The notes under the pieces are model-generated. The model was not told the DNA's origin. It made no database searches and saw nothing but the letters and a program-made list of their open reading frames with translations. Position numbers and translations under genes: made by a program. From contig CAVWLP010000002.1 of the NCBI GenBank assembly GCA_963755915.1, positions 1,984,001 through 2,048,000 of the forward strand: DNA of 64,000 nt, given 5' to 3'. This DNA comes from an uncultured Phycisphaerales bacterium (GTDB taxonomy: Bacteria > Planctomycetota > Phycisphaerae > Tepidisphaerales > Tepidisphaeraceae). Positions within the stretch are counted from its first letter, which is position 1; each line of letters starts with the position of its first letter. This document shows positions 17,213-28,206 of this stretch, piece after piece.

Positions 17213-20096
17213 GTGACGGTTTCGCGATTTCCGGCATACGGACCGCAGGAGGGTAATTTGTTTCCCACAGGGGCGATTCGCTCGCGCATCAAGCGCTCTC
17301 TATTGACGCTTTTCTCCATCGGCCTGCTGACAGTTGGCTGTGCCCAGCTCGCATCGGCGCAGCTCGTTTCATTCCCCGGCGCCGTCGGCTTCGGCGACAT
17401 CGCCACCGGCGGACGCGGCGGAAGCGTCTACGTCGTCACCAACCTCAACTCCTCCGGAACAGGATCCTTCGAAGCCGCCGTCAGCGAGCCAAACCGAATC
17501 GTTGTCTTCGACGTCGGCGGCTACATCAACCTCGACGGCGAAGTCGCCGTCGCCAACGATGTCACCATTGAAGGCCAGACCGCGCCGGGCCAGGGCATCG
17601 GGCTGATGGACGGCGAGATCTCGTTTTCCAGCGCCACCAACGACATCGTCAACGACATTCGCGTCCGCCAGGGAAATGGCAGCGGTACCGACAGCGGCAA
17701 AGCCGGCGTCGAAATGGACGGGGGCACCAACATCATTCTCAACCACGTCTCCGTGCAATTCGGTGAATTCGACAGTTTGGATCTCACCAACTCCACCAAC
17801 GTGACCGTGCAAAATTCGATCATCTCCGACGCCATCGGGCAGCAGTTCGGAATTCATGGTCAGAGCGACACCGGCATGACCTACGCATACAACGTCTTTG
17901 CCAACGATCACAATCGCAATCCAGACGTGGAAAACGACGGCTCGGCGCAGGTCATCGACAACATTGTTTACAACGTCCAGGCAGGCATGACCTCCGGCAA
18001 TACCGGCGGCACACGCATGGAGGACGTCGTCAACAACTATTTCATCACCGGGCCATCTACCACCAGCAACGGCGATGCGGGGTTTTATCAGGTGGACAGC
18101 GGCGATGAGATGTATGCCTCGGGGAACTTGGAGGACGACAACAAGAACGGCGTGCTCGACGGCTCATCGGTTTCCCCCGGCGGCGCGACAATCGAAAGCT
18201 CGCCGTGGTTCGCGTCGACAACAACGATGCCCTTATTCAGCGCCGCCGGCGCATTTACCTACGACACCACCTACGCCGGCGATTCCGTCAGTCGCGACCA
18301 ACTCGACTCCCTCGACATCAGCCAGGTGGAATCCTTGGGCACTACCGGAGGAACTTCCGCCAGCGGGGACCATCTCTACGGCTCCCCCGGCGATTCGGGC
18401 CTGGGCAACGGCGGCTACGGCACCATCACCGGCGGAACCGCCCCCACCAGCAGCGCCAACAACGGAATCCCCGACACCTGGGCCGAAACGCACGGCGTTC
18501 TCGCCTGGGCAGCCGCTAACAGCACCAACATTGCCAACGCCGCCTTCGCAACCGTCACCGACCCAATTGGCTACGACGAAGTCGAGGACTACGCCAACCA
18601 ACTCGCCAACCAGTTCCCGGCCATCACCTGGACATCCTCTTCCGGAAATTGGTCCACGACCGGCAACTGGAGTTCCAGCGCCGTCCCCGGCCTCTTCCAG
18701 CAGGCATTCATTCGCGGCAACGGAACGACCAACGGGGCGGTTACGATTACCACCTCCGGCAACACTGCCGAATATCTCTCCATCGGCGGCAACGGACCTG
18801 CCGCCGGCGAGCAGCTTCCCATTACCTCCGGCTCGCTCAATATCGAAGACACCATCCTTGTTGGTGATCAGAACAACGGCTCGCTGAACATCAACGGGGG
18901 AACGATCACCGCCCCCAACGTCGAGCTTGGCGATACGGTGTATAACGCGACGGGGACTTCCTCGACCACATACACCGGCACACTCAACCTCACCGCCGGC
19001 ATCCTGGCCCTCCAGCAGCTCGTTCTCGGCGCTGGAACGCCGGGCGACTGGAACACCGGCGGCGTTTGGGACTGGTCCGGTGGAACCCTCCAGGCGACTG
19101 GTCCGCTCAAGGTCAACGTCCCGGCAACCATCGGCCCCGGCGGCGCATTCGTAAACACCAGCGGATTCTCCGGAACCATCTCCTCCATCCTCAGCGGAAT
19201 CGGTGGGTTCACCAAAAACGGCGCAGGAACCCTCATCCTCAGCGCCGCCAACCAGTACAACGGGATGACCACCGTCAACGTCGGCGGCGTTCTCGATGTC
19301 ACCGGCAGCCTCTTCAACAACAGTTCTGCGTTTGTCGATATTGCCGCCGACTCCACCGGCGCCACCAAACTGATCCGCTCCACTCCTCTCAACCAGAGCT
19401 ACGACAACTTCGGCTCCTCCATCACCTCCGACCTTTTCAGCAATGCCAACATCCTCAGCGGATATAGCAAAACCAACAATCCCAGCGTCGGCAAAACCAT
19501 TACCATGTCCTGGTCTCAGCGAACCACTTCCGAGCAGCCCGACATCATCAGCGACATCTTCACCCTTAGCGGGATGGCCAACGCCGGAACCGCCGGCACC
19601 GGCCAGACCGACCCCTTTGCCCTGCAGATGAACTTCTCCACCAGCGAATTCGCTCTGACCGGCCCGGCGAGCGAAACCGGTGCAGCCGCGGCAGGCGGCG
19701 CTGGAGCTTGATTGGCTCGACCCCAACGGCGGCGGCAGCGGCATCTCTGGCTGGGTTAACGCCACCATCGGTGACTTCGGCGTTGGCCTTTCCGGCGATA
19801 TCTTTACCGACGTCCAATCCTCCTGGACTACTTTTGCCACCCTCCACGGCATCACCGATTCCAACCTTGGCAATTACCTCGGAAGCTGGGGTGTCGATAG
19901 CACCGACAACCAGGTCTGGGCCGTGCTCAATTACAATTCCTCCTCCTACGCCAGCTATTTCGGGATCGCCAGCGTTCCCGAGCCCTGCTCAATGGCCGCC
20001 CTGGCGGCGCTCCTCTCGGTTCTGGCCCTGCGCCGCATGCACCAAGGCACGCCCTGGCGCCGATTTCATAACGCCATCATCGCAACCGTCCGATAA
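17213..20096 (+). CDS. Exported PL1-like (pectate lyase-like) beta-helix protein with passenger-associated beta-strand repeats and a PEP-CTERM anchor (frameshift near 19700)
   Basis: Signal peptide, FPGAVGFG..ATGGRGGSVYVVTNLN, VTIEGQTAPG, HNRNP, NNGIPDTW, repeat GFTKNGAGTLILSAANQYNGMTTVN. The C-terminal VPEPCSMAALAALLSVLALRR is in the 19680 frame. Confidence 0.82.
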
Positions 20097-20282
20097 TCTT
20101 AAGGTTAGAACAACCCGACCAACCGATCTGCTCGCTGCGCTTTTTACTATTCCATTGCCCGATTCTCCAAAGCTTTACAATTGTAGTACCCCGAAAATTG
20201 GTCTATCTTTCGACTCGAACGAAGAAGCGTTTGACGCAATCGGCGAAATGGAGCGGAAGTACTACGAGAGGAGTGGATACGA

Positions 20283-21853
20283 ATGGGGTATGTGTGTTCC
20301 GTATCGGCGGTCCGTGACGTCATCAACTTCACTTTCCGGGGAATCAAACCAACAAGCATCGGAGCTGCGATCTTGATCGCGTTCTGCGCCGAGTCGCGCA
20401 GGCGCAAGACTACGTCGTCCCAACGCTGCCTACCATCGGCTCAACGGTCTACAACCTCACCCTTCCGGACGGCGGCGTGGGCGGCGCAAACTTCGACGGC
20501 GGGGCAATCCTCATCAGCGGTGTGTCGACCAGTAAAACCACCGCCTCCACCGACGCTGCCGACAACACCACCCTTATCAACGACGCCATCGCCTACGCCT
20601 CCGCCAACGGCGGCGGCACCATCGAACTGCCCGGCGTCAGCGGCGGCGTCACCTACCTCTCCAACGAAGTCCTCATGGGCAACAACGTCAATCTCGACGT
20701 CGCCACCAACGCAACCCTCCAGAACGAAGCCACCACCGACACTTTCATCAGCACCGCGCCCTCCGCCACCGGCAACATCCAAATCAGCGGCGGCGGAATC
20801 ATCAACAGCAACGCCACCAGCACCTCCAACAACAAAATGGTCGAGCTTGAGGGCCTCAACAACGTCGAAGTCAACAACGTCACCATTGAAAACGCCCCCA
20901 ACGAGCACCTCGTCACCGAGGCCGATTCAAACGTGACCATCAACAACGTCACCATCCAGGATTCTAAAGTTCAGGCCAACACCGATGGCATCGACTTCTC
21001 CGGCACCAACGTCCTCATCGAAAACTCCAGCATCGCCGACGGCGATGACGACATTGTCGCCAAGCCCGATACCACCGTCGTCAACGGCATCACCGCCTAC
21101 ACTGCCAACGTCATTATCCAAAACATCAACATCACCGCCGGCCACGGAATCTCCATCGGCGGGCAGACCAACGCCGGCCTCAACGGCATGTACGTCAACA
21201 ACGTCACCGAAACCGGCTCGGGTACCGGGTCGGACGAGGTCATCGAAAACGGAATCCACCTCAAGGCCGGCGACGGAACCACCACCGCCACCCAGAACGG
21301 CGGACTCGTTCAGAACGTCACGTTCAACAACATCACGATGACCGACGTCGATGACGCCATCGTCATTAACAGCTTCTATAACAACGGGTCGGACAATTTC
21401 CCCAGTAACAGCGACTATCCCGTCTCTCCCACCGACTCCACCGAACCCCTCTGGAAAAACATCACCCTCGAAAACATCACCGTCAACAGCGCCACCGGCA
21501 GCGCCGCGGAAATCTACGGCCTCGACAGCTCTCCGCCTAACACCGACGGGCTCAATTTCGAGAACATCGACGTTCTGGAAAACGACAGCCCTTGGAAAAT
21601 GTACTACGCCGACGGCGTTTATATGGACGGCGTCACCATCGACGGCGCCCAGATCCTCGACGCCGAGGGCGATTACAAAACCCCCGACGGCAAAACCACC
21701 GAATCCGATGAAACCAACGACACCTTCGTGACTGCCGCCAATGCCAGCCAGATCTACACGCCCCAGGTGGTCCCCGAACCGGGCTCGCTGGCGTTGATTT
21801 GCGCATCGGCCGCTGCGTGTCTGCTTCGCCCCCTCCGCCGCCGGATCGCGTGA
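20283..21853 (+). CDS. GH28-like (polygalacturonase-like) beta-helix protein with a PEP-CTERM anchor (frameshift near 20390)
   Basis: NTDGID, DGDDD, GHGISIG and GIHLK motifs; C-terminal VPEPGSLALICASAAACLLRPLRRR. The signal peptide is in the 20283 frame, and the mature frame is open upstream of 20477 (AQAQDYVVPTLP...). Confidence 0.82.
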
Positions 21854-21978
21854 TTATATTCTTACCCGCGGTCAGTAATTGCTATTGCAATTGCGATTAA
21901 GTAATTTTCCCGCCTTTGCTTCCGTCATAGAGTAAAGCCCGGTACGATTGCGCACCGGCCAATTACAGGAACAAGCTC

Positions 21979-23805
21979 ATGATGATGAAAAAACCGCGAT
22001 CCATCGTTCTCCTCGCTCTCGCCTGCGTCTTTGCCACTATTTCCAGTGCCTTCGCGCAGGTGATGCAGCAGGTTCCCTCCAGCGCCCTGGTCGTTTTAAA
22101 GGTCAACAATCTCGATGCGACGAACAAGAAGGTCGCCAATCTCGCCGCGCTTCTGGGCCTCCAGCAGATGCTGCCGGACGCCGCCGACCCTCTCTCCGCG
22201 CTTCTGAAGCACATCGGCGTCACCGACGGCGTCAACCGCGACGGCGACCTCGCCTTCGCCTTTATCGACCCCGACGCCTCTCAGGTCGATAAGCAGCAGT
22301 CGATGCTCCTGCTGATCCCCGTTTCCGACTACCAGAAATTTGTCGGCAACTTCCCCGACGCCAAGCCGGACGGCGATCTGACGCAGGTTCATTTCCAACA
22401 GTCCAGCGAAACGACCTACCTTGCCCACTGGGGCAACTATGTGGCTGCGAGCCCGGCTCGCGCCGTCGTCGCGACGGCACCGGCTGACATCATTCAGGTC
22501 GACGGCCTCGCGGCCAAGGAGCTCGACTCCAAGGACGTGATCGCCCTGGTCAACTTCAAGGCTCTCCGCAGCAAGATGCTTGCCGGGATCGAGCAAGGCC
22601 GCCAATCGGCCGCCCCGGCAATCGACCAGCTCATTCAGCAGATCGCCCACATGCAGAATTTCGACGCCACCAAATTCGCCCCCGTCGCCAAGGTGATCGC
22701 CAACCAGTGCCTCGACGTCGCCCAGAAATTCGCCCAGAGCGCCGATGACGCCTGCCTGAGTTTCAACCTCTCCGGCGACGGCGTCGCCACTACCCTCTCC
22801 TGCCAGTTTACGCCCGACAGCTCCGGCGCGCAGTTCTTCGCCAACATCAAGAATTCGCAGGATTCCTTCCTCACCGGCCTGGCCGGCGGCAAATACCTTT
22901 TCTTCGGCGGTGGGGCGGGTCCCACTCCCGAAGCCAACAAGGGCCTGACCGATTTTCTGACCCCCGTTCAGAATTCCATCAACGAACTCGGCCCCGATTA
23001 CTCTTCGCTCAACGATTGGATCATCGGCCTCGAAAAGCTCTCCGCCGCTTCCGGTGAATCCACCATGGGCCTTCTGTGCCCCAGCGCCCAGCCTGGCGCG
23101 GGGCCGCTCGTGCAGTTCGTCAACGTCCGCCAGGGCGACGCCAAGACCATGCTCGACGCCTTCCGCCAGATGGCCGACGACCAGCAGGCAGCGATGAAGG
23201 CTCTCGGTCTCGGCCAGGCCGCCAGCACCCAGACTTTCACCCGCGATTCCAAGACCGTCGATGGCGTCAGTTTCGACGAAATGAAAAGCCAGATCCCCCT
23301 CAACGGCAACAACCCCGGCCAGATGCAGGCCATGCAGCTCATCAGCATGATCTATGGCCCGCAGGGCCCCGACGCCTTCACCGGCGTGGTCAATGACCAG
23401 AACATGCTCACGGTGATGGGCCTCGACGACGCCGGCATCAGCGCCGCCATCGCCGCCGTCAAGGCCGGCGACGATCCGATGGCCAAGCTCCCCTCCGTTA
23501 AAGCCGTCTCCTCGCAGCTTCCCACCGATCGTTTCGCGGCGGTCTATATCCCCCTGGATCTGTGGGCCACCACCGGTTTCGGATATGCCAAGATGTTCGG
23601 CATCGACATGGGCGTCACCATGCCGGAAAACCTTCCGCCCCTTGGCATAACCCTCTCCACCGACGGCCCGGCGGTACGGGTGGACAGCTTCATGCCCTCG
23701 CAGCTCCTTCAGGCCATCGCCGCCGCGGGAATGCAGGTTTATCTCAAAACGCAGACTCCCCAGCAGCCCCCGCCAGGCGGTGGGCCGGCGCCGGGCGGGC
23801 TGTAA
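21979..23805 (+). CDS. Exported hypothetical protein (608 aa)
   Basis: Sec signal peptide (...SSAFAQ), strongly biased codon usage, followed by a terminator. Confidence 0.8.
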   Translation: MMMKKPRSIVLLALACVFATISSAFAQVMQQVPSSALVVLKVNNLDATNKKVANLAALLGLQQMLPDAADPLSALLKHIGVTDGVNRDGDLAFAFIDPDASQVDKQQSMLLLIPVSDYQKFVGNFPDAKPDGDLTQVHFQQSSETTYLAHWGNYVAASPARAVVATAPADIIQVDGLAAKELDSKDVIALVNFKALRSKMLAGIEQGRQSAAPAIDQLIQQIAHMQNFDATKFAPVAKVIANQCLDVAQKFAQSADDACLSFNLSGDGVATTLSCQFTPDSSGAQFFANIKNSQDSFLTGLAGGKYLFFGGGAGPTPEANKGLTDFLTPVQNSINELGPDYSSLNDWIIGLEKLSAASGESTMGLLCPSAQPGAGPLVQFVNVRQGDAKTMLDAFRQMADDQQAAMKALGLGQAASTQTFTRDSKTVDGVSFDEMKSQIPLNGNNPGQMQAMQLISMIYGPQGPDAFTGVVNDQNMLTVMGLDDAGISAAIAAVKAGDDPMAKLPSVKAVSSQLPTDRFAAVYIPLDLWATTGFGYAKMFGIDMGVTMPENLPPLGITLSTDGPAVRVDSFMPSQLLQAIAAAGMQVYLKTQTPQQPPPGGGPAPGGL

Positions 23806-23842
23806 ACGCTTCCTTTCCGGCAGCGCAAATTGAATTTGCATC

Positions 23843-23879
23843 AAAGCCCCAGGATTGCGATCCTGGGGCTTTCTTTTTT
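23843..23879 (+). terminator. Rho-independent terminator
   Basis: 13-bp stem aaagccccaggat / atcctggggcttt with a tgcg loop, followed by a T-tract. Confidence 0.85.
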
Positions 23880-24037
23880 CGTAAGTGTACAACCCCCACG
23901 AATGCTGATTGAGGGGGCCCTGGACATCCACGACACCATTCGCACCGCTCGGAAACCCGCTTCGCACACCCTGTAAACCCGCCGGCCCGGTTCAGCAAAA
24001 AATTTTCGAAAAATAATTCCGCGATTTTTCCAAAATA

Positions 24038-24063
24038 GGTCCAAAACGTACACCTTTTGGACC
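24038..24063. promoter_or_regulatory. Palindromic putative operator upstream of the S53 peptidase
   Basis: GGTCCAAAA-cgtacacc-TTTTGGACC: a perfect 9-bp inverted repeat in an AT-rich intergenic region. Confidence 0.45.
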
Positions 24064-24140
24064 CATATATAGCGGGGCGCTGTTTTCGCTATCGCGCAAG
24101 ACGCTGGTCCCCGTAATCCCCAATCACCCAGGAGCTTGCC

Positions 24141-25781
24141 ATGACGACGCAGCACCGGTCCGCGCAATTCGTGTCACCTCGCTTCGCACGCCCTCCTCGA
24201 AGGAAGCGCGCGCACGCCGCAGAGCGGCTCCCGCGCCGTCAGTCCGGTCAATCCGCATGCAATCATCGACCTCACGCTCAAGCTCCGCCGCCGGCGCCCG
24301 CTTCCCGAACTGACCACCCGTCCCGCTGCCCACATGACGCACGACCAGCTCGCCGCCGACTTTGGCGCCTCTGCCGCCGACCTGCAAACCGTCGCCGATT
24401 CACTTAAAAACCGCGGCCTGCAAATCACCGCGGCCAATCCGCTCACGCGCACCGTCCGAGTCTGCGGCCCCGCCGCCGCCGTCGAAAGGGTCTTCCTGGT
24501 CAAACTCTTCAACTACGTCCACGCCTCCGGCAATTACCGCGGCCGCGTCGGCCACATCCATGTTCCCGCCGAGCTTCACGGCATCGTCCAGGCTGTCTTC
24601 GGCCTCGACACGCGCCGGGTCGCCCGCCGCGCGCGACGCCCCGCGCAAAATTCGGCTCACCATCGCCGAGTCGCTTCATCCTGCTATCTCCCCGCCCAGC
24701 TCGCCGCCCACTACAACTTTCCTCCCGGCGACGGCGCCGGCCAGTGCGCCGCCATCCTCGAATTCGGCGGCGGATATTTCCCCAGCGACTTGCAGCAATT
24801 CTGCCAACTCGCGGGAATCTTGACGCCCGAAGTTACCCCCATCAGCGTCGACGGCTCCTCCACCTCCGCCCGCGACGGCGCTGAAGGCGAAGTCATGCTC
24901 GACATTGAAGTCGTCGCCGGCGTTTGCCCGAAATCTTCCATCGCCGTCTATTTCGCACAGTGGACGGAGCAAGGCTGGATCACCGCGCTCGACGCCGCCG
25001 TTCACGACGCCGCCAATTCCCCCGGCGTCATCTCCATCAGTTGGGGCGCGCCCGAAGACACTGACATCTGGACGCCACAAGCCATGAGCCAGATCAACGA
25101 AACGCTGATGGAAGCCGCGCATCTCGGCATCACCGTCTGCGTCGCCGCTGGCGACGATGGCTCCAGCGACGCCGACCCCGACGGCCGCGCCCACCTCGAC
25201 TTCCCCGCCTCCAGCCCTTACGTCCTTTCCATCGGCGGAACCACCATCACCCAGATCGCCCAGCTCCAGCCCGACATCGGCTGGTTCGAAGGCGACGGAC
25301 TGCGCGAAAACGACGGCGGCAGCGGCGGTGGGGGGGTCAGCGCCGTCTTCCCCCGTCCCCAGTGGCAATCCGCCGTCACCATCCCCTCCGTCAATCCCGG
25401 CGCAATAGCCGGCCGTGTGATTCCCGATCTTTCCGCCAACGCCGACTGGAACGCCTCCCCGTATCTTCTCGTCGTCGATGGCCAGCCCCAGCCCAACGGC
25501 GGCACCAGCGCCGCAACTCCACTCGTCGCCGCGCTGATTACTCTCATCAACGCCGGGCGGCGCCCGGCCAGCGCGTCGGCTATCTCACGCCGCTGCTCTA
25601 CCAATCCCAATTTGGTGACGGCCGAGTGCTCGGCATCGTCGCCTGCACCGATGTCGTCACCGGCAACAACAAAACCGCCTATGCCGGCGGATACTCCGCG
25701 CAGATAGGCTACGACGCCGACTCGGGATGGGGAACCCCAAACGGTGCCAGCCTCCTGGCCGCGCTCGAGCAAATCACCTGA
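24141..25781 (+). CDS. S53-family (sedolisin/kumamolisin-like) serine peptidase with prodomain (frameshifts near the 5' end and near 25560)
   Basis: EVMLDIE (E-x3-D), ISISWG, AAGDDG, PASSPYV, GGTSAATP (catalytic Ser). C-terminal GYDADSGWGTPNG is in the 25362 frame. RBS caggag. Confidence 0.9.
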
Positions 25782-25795
25782 CCCATCCCGTCGAA

Positions 25796-26186
25796 TTACC
25801 TCATTGGCTCGCTTGCACCCCTGGGATCGACGTCTCCTTGAACACAGAACTGGCCGGCAGCGCACCCGTTCCACGCAGAAAATCCAGCGCAAGCTTCATC
25901 AGAAATCGATCGGTGATCTCCTCCCCTTGAACGAATAATGCACCGAATCCATATAGTCCGCGTCAGGGACCGACCGGCTGTAGTCCAGCAGCGGAATCTG
26001 TCGCTGCGCATAGATCCGCCGCATCTCATCCGAAAACGCTTCCGCGGGCGCGCCTTCGGTCCAGCTTCCTCGCGGCAGCAATATGCCGATCACTTTCACA
26101 CCCCGCGCCTTCAGATCGTCCAGCAGCCCCTGCCAGCTCGGACGCAGTCTGTCCTTCATCGGGTGACGGAACATTCTCAGATTCAC
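25796..26186 (-). pseudogene. C-terminal fragment of an SGNH/DltD-like protein
   Basis: ...ARGVKVIGILLP...IPLLDYSRSVPDADYMDSVHYSFKG (DxxH motif); no N-terminal half. Confidence 0.5.
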
Positions 26187-26365
26187 CTTCGCATCGGCGC
26201 AAACCGGATCCCAAACCGCTTCTCAATCGCGATCATGAGATTGATCGTCATCATCGAATCCCACCCATCGATATCCGCCGCCGTCGTCTCCCGGGCCAGA
26301 GTGATTTCGTCATCGCCAAACACCCGGCAGAAAACCTCCTGAAGCTGTCCGAGAGTATCACTCAT
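26183..26365 (-). pseudogene. Acyl carrier protein, C-terminally truncated
   Basis: VFCRVFGDD...TTAADIDGWDSMMTINLMIAIEKRFGIRF (GWDS phosphopantetheine site). Stops before the usual last helix. Confidence 0.75.
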
Positions 26366-26510
26366 GCCGTTCGCTCCACGCGAATAAACGTCTCTGCCGG
26401 GTTAAAACCCGCCAAATCCACAGCCGGTAAAGCTTCTCGCCGCTTTCCAGCCCAAATTGCGCCCCGCCCCGCGATATAATGCCGACCATCGCCACCGACG
26501 AAACCTTCAA

Positions 26511-27548
26511 ATGCCCCGCGTAACCTGCTGGCTCGACCGCGACCACATCTTCTATCACACCGCCCGGTGGCTCTCCGGCTTCTGGCTCCTCCATCAATCC
26601 GGAGAAATCTCTCTCCGCTTCCTCATTCGCCCCAATCGCGCTCCCGCCGACGAACCGACCGATTCCATCCTCTCCTTCGAGATCGACTCCGCCGGCAAAA
26701 CCCGCCGCGTCGTCACCGATTTCCGCGACCGTTCCGACCTGTTTTCTCTGGACGCCCTCGGCAACTGTGACGTCTATTTCAAGCGCAGCTACTACGCCTC
26801 CGACCTCCCCTCTTCCCAGGCTCCCAAGATTCTCCCCCTCGGGCTCAACTTTACCTGCCGCGCCCCCGGCCTGACCACCGCCTTATGCCGTGCGCAAATC
26901 CCCCATCTCATCTCTTCGCCGCCGACGTTCTTCTCCTGGCTCCGCCGCCAATTCCGCTGTCTCTCCGTTGTCCCGCCCCAGCGCGCCCTCGAACGCGCTC
27001 CCACACAACCCGCTATCCCCGCGGTTATCTTCCAAACCCGCCTCTGGGAAGAATCCGACGTCGGCCCAACCGCCGCCGAAATCAATCAATCCCGCGTCTC
27101 CATCCTCCGCGCCCTCCGCGAATCCCTCGGCCCCCAATTCCATGGCGGACTCGTCCCCACGCCCCTCGCCAAACGAAATTTCCCCGACCTCCTCGCCCCT
27201 GCCGGCGGACAAAAATCCAAATACCTCAAAACCGCCCAATCCCGCCTCGTTGGCGTCTACACCGAAGGCCTCCACCATTCCACCGCCTGGAAACTCGGCG
27301 AATACATCGCCGCTTCCCAATGCATTGCCGCCGAAAAACCGCGCAACGCCCTCCCAAAAAAACTCATCGAAGGAACACATTACCTCCCTTTCTCCACCCC
27401 TGAAGAGTGCGTTGCCGCTTGCCGCCGACTGCTCAATGACGAATCCCTCGCACAATCGATGCGCCGGGAAAATCACACATATTACGTCGAAGAACTCGCC
27501 CCCGATGCCTGGGTGCGCAACCGCATCAAAGAAGCTCTCTCCGTCTAG
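26511..27548 (+). CDS. Glycosyltransferase-like protein (GT-B-type C-terminal domain)
   Basis: YFKRSY, GLHHSTAWKLGEYIA and EGTHYLPF...EC motifs typical of polysaccharide-cluster GT-like proteins. Confidence 0.65.
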   Translation: MPRVTCWLDRDHIFYHTARWLSGFWLLHQSGEISLRFLIRPNRAPADEPTDSILSFEIDSAGKTRRVVTDFRDRSDLFSLDALGNCDVYFKRSYYASDLPSSQAPKILPLGLNFTCRAPGLTTALCRAQIPHLISSPPTFFSWLRRQFRCLSVVPPQRALERAPTQPAIPAVIFQTRLWEESDVGPTAAEINQSRVSILRALRESLGPQFHGGLVPTPLAKRNFPDLLAPAGGQKSKYLKTAQSRLVGVYTEGLHHSTAWKLGEYIAASQCIAAEKPRNALPKKLIEGTHYLPFSTPEECVAACRRLLNDESLAQSMRRENHTYYVEELAPDAWVRNRIKEALSV

Positions 27549-27579
27549 CCGCAAATTTGCTCAACGCCCGCCCGCCCCG

Positions 27580-28206
27580 TTACCTCTCCTCCACAATCTC
27601 CCCCCGCGTCGATTCCACAATCGCCAGCAGCTCTTTCTGTTCTGTATTCGCAACCTGCATTTTATCCAGCGTCGCCTTCAAATCTCCCACGCTCGCGTCA
27701 AATTCATCGTTGCTAATATGCATGTCCGTATGCGCCGACTTGATCTCCTGTCCCTGGTATTGCGCCGGCCCTCCGCTCGCCAGCGCGAGAAACTGTGCGA
27801 AATGCAGCTTCAACGTCTTTACATTATCCTGATTCGCGTCCCACTGCATCGACCGATCGTGATGAATGCTCAGCCCGCCCTGCACCACGCCCTGACGCGT
27901 GAAATTCACCCGCGGATCCGCCAGCATTCGCGACACCCAGTCATCCGTTATCGCCTGCACCCCCTGCATCCCTCCCAGCCGGTCAAACAGCGACTTCTTC
28001 GTCCCCGACAGCGCCGATCCCGAATCCCCTCCACCCGTTAATTGCTGCGCCTGCGCCATCCGCTGATCCGCACGCTCGTCCGCCTCCTTGTTTCCCGAGG
28101 TATAGAAATTCTTGTTGGGCGTCTCATCGCTCCCGCACCCCCCGGCCAATTGCAACGCCGGCAGCAGCAGCAAGAACAGAACGCTTATCTTCATCACACC
28201 GCTCAT
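27580..28206 (-). CDS. Group I truncated (2/2) hemoglobin with a lipoprotein signal
   Basis: LFDRLGG, DPRVNF, LALASGGPAQYQG, AHTDMHISNDEFD motifs; lipobox LAGGC. Confidence 0.85.
   Translation of the reverse strand: MSGVMKISVLFLLLLPALQLAGGCGSDETPNKNFYTSGNKEADERADQRMAQAQQLTGGGDSGSALSGTKKSLFDRLGGMQGVQAITDDWVSRMLADPRVNFTRQGVVQGGLSIHHDRSMQWDANQDNVKTLKLHFAQFLALASGGPAQYQGQEIKSAHTDMHISNDEFDASVGDLKATLDKMQVANTEQKELLAIVESTRGEIVEER

Noticed and set aside
18233-23967. Long antisense ORFs (18233-19873, 22096-23967 and similar ones elsewhere)
   Set aside because: Shadow frames of genes with strong C-ending codon bias; no recognisable domains.
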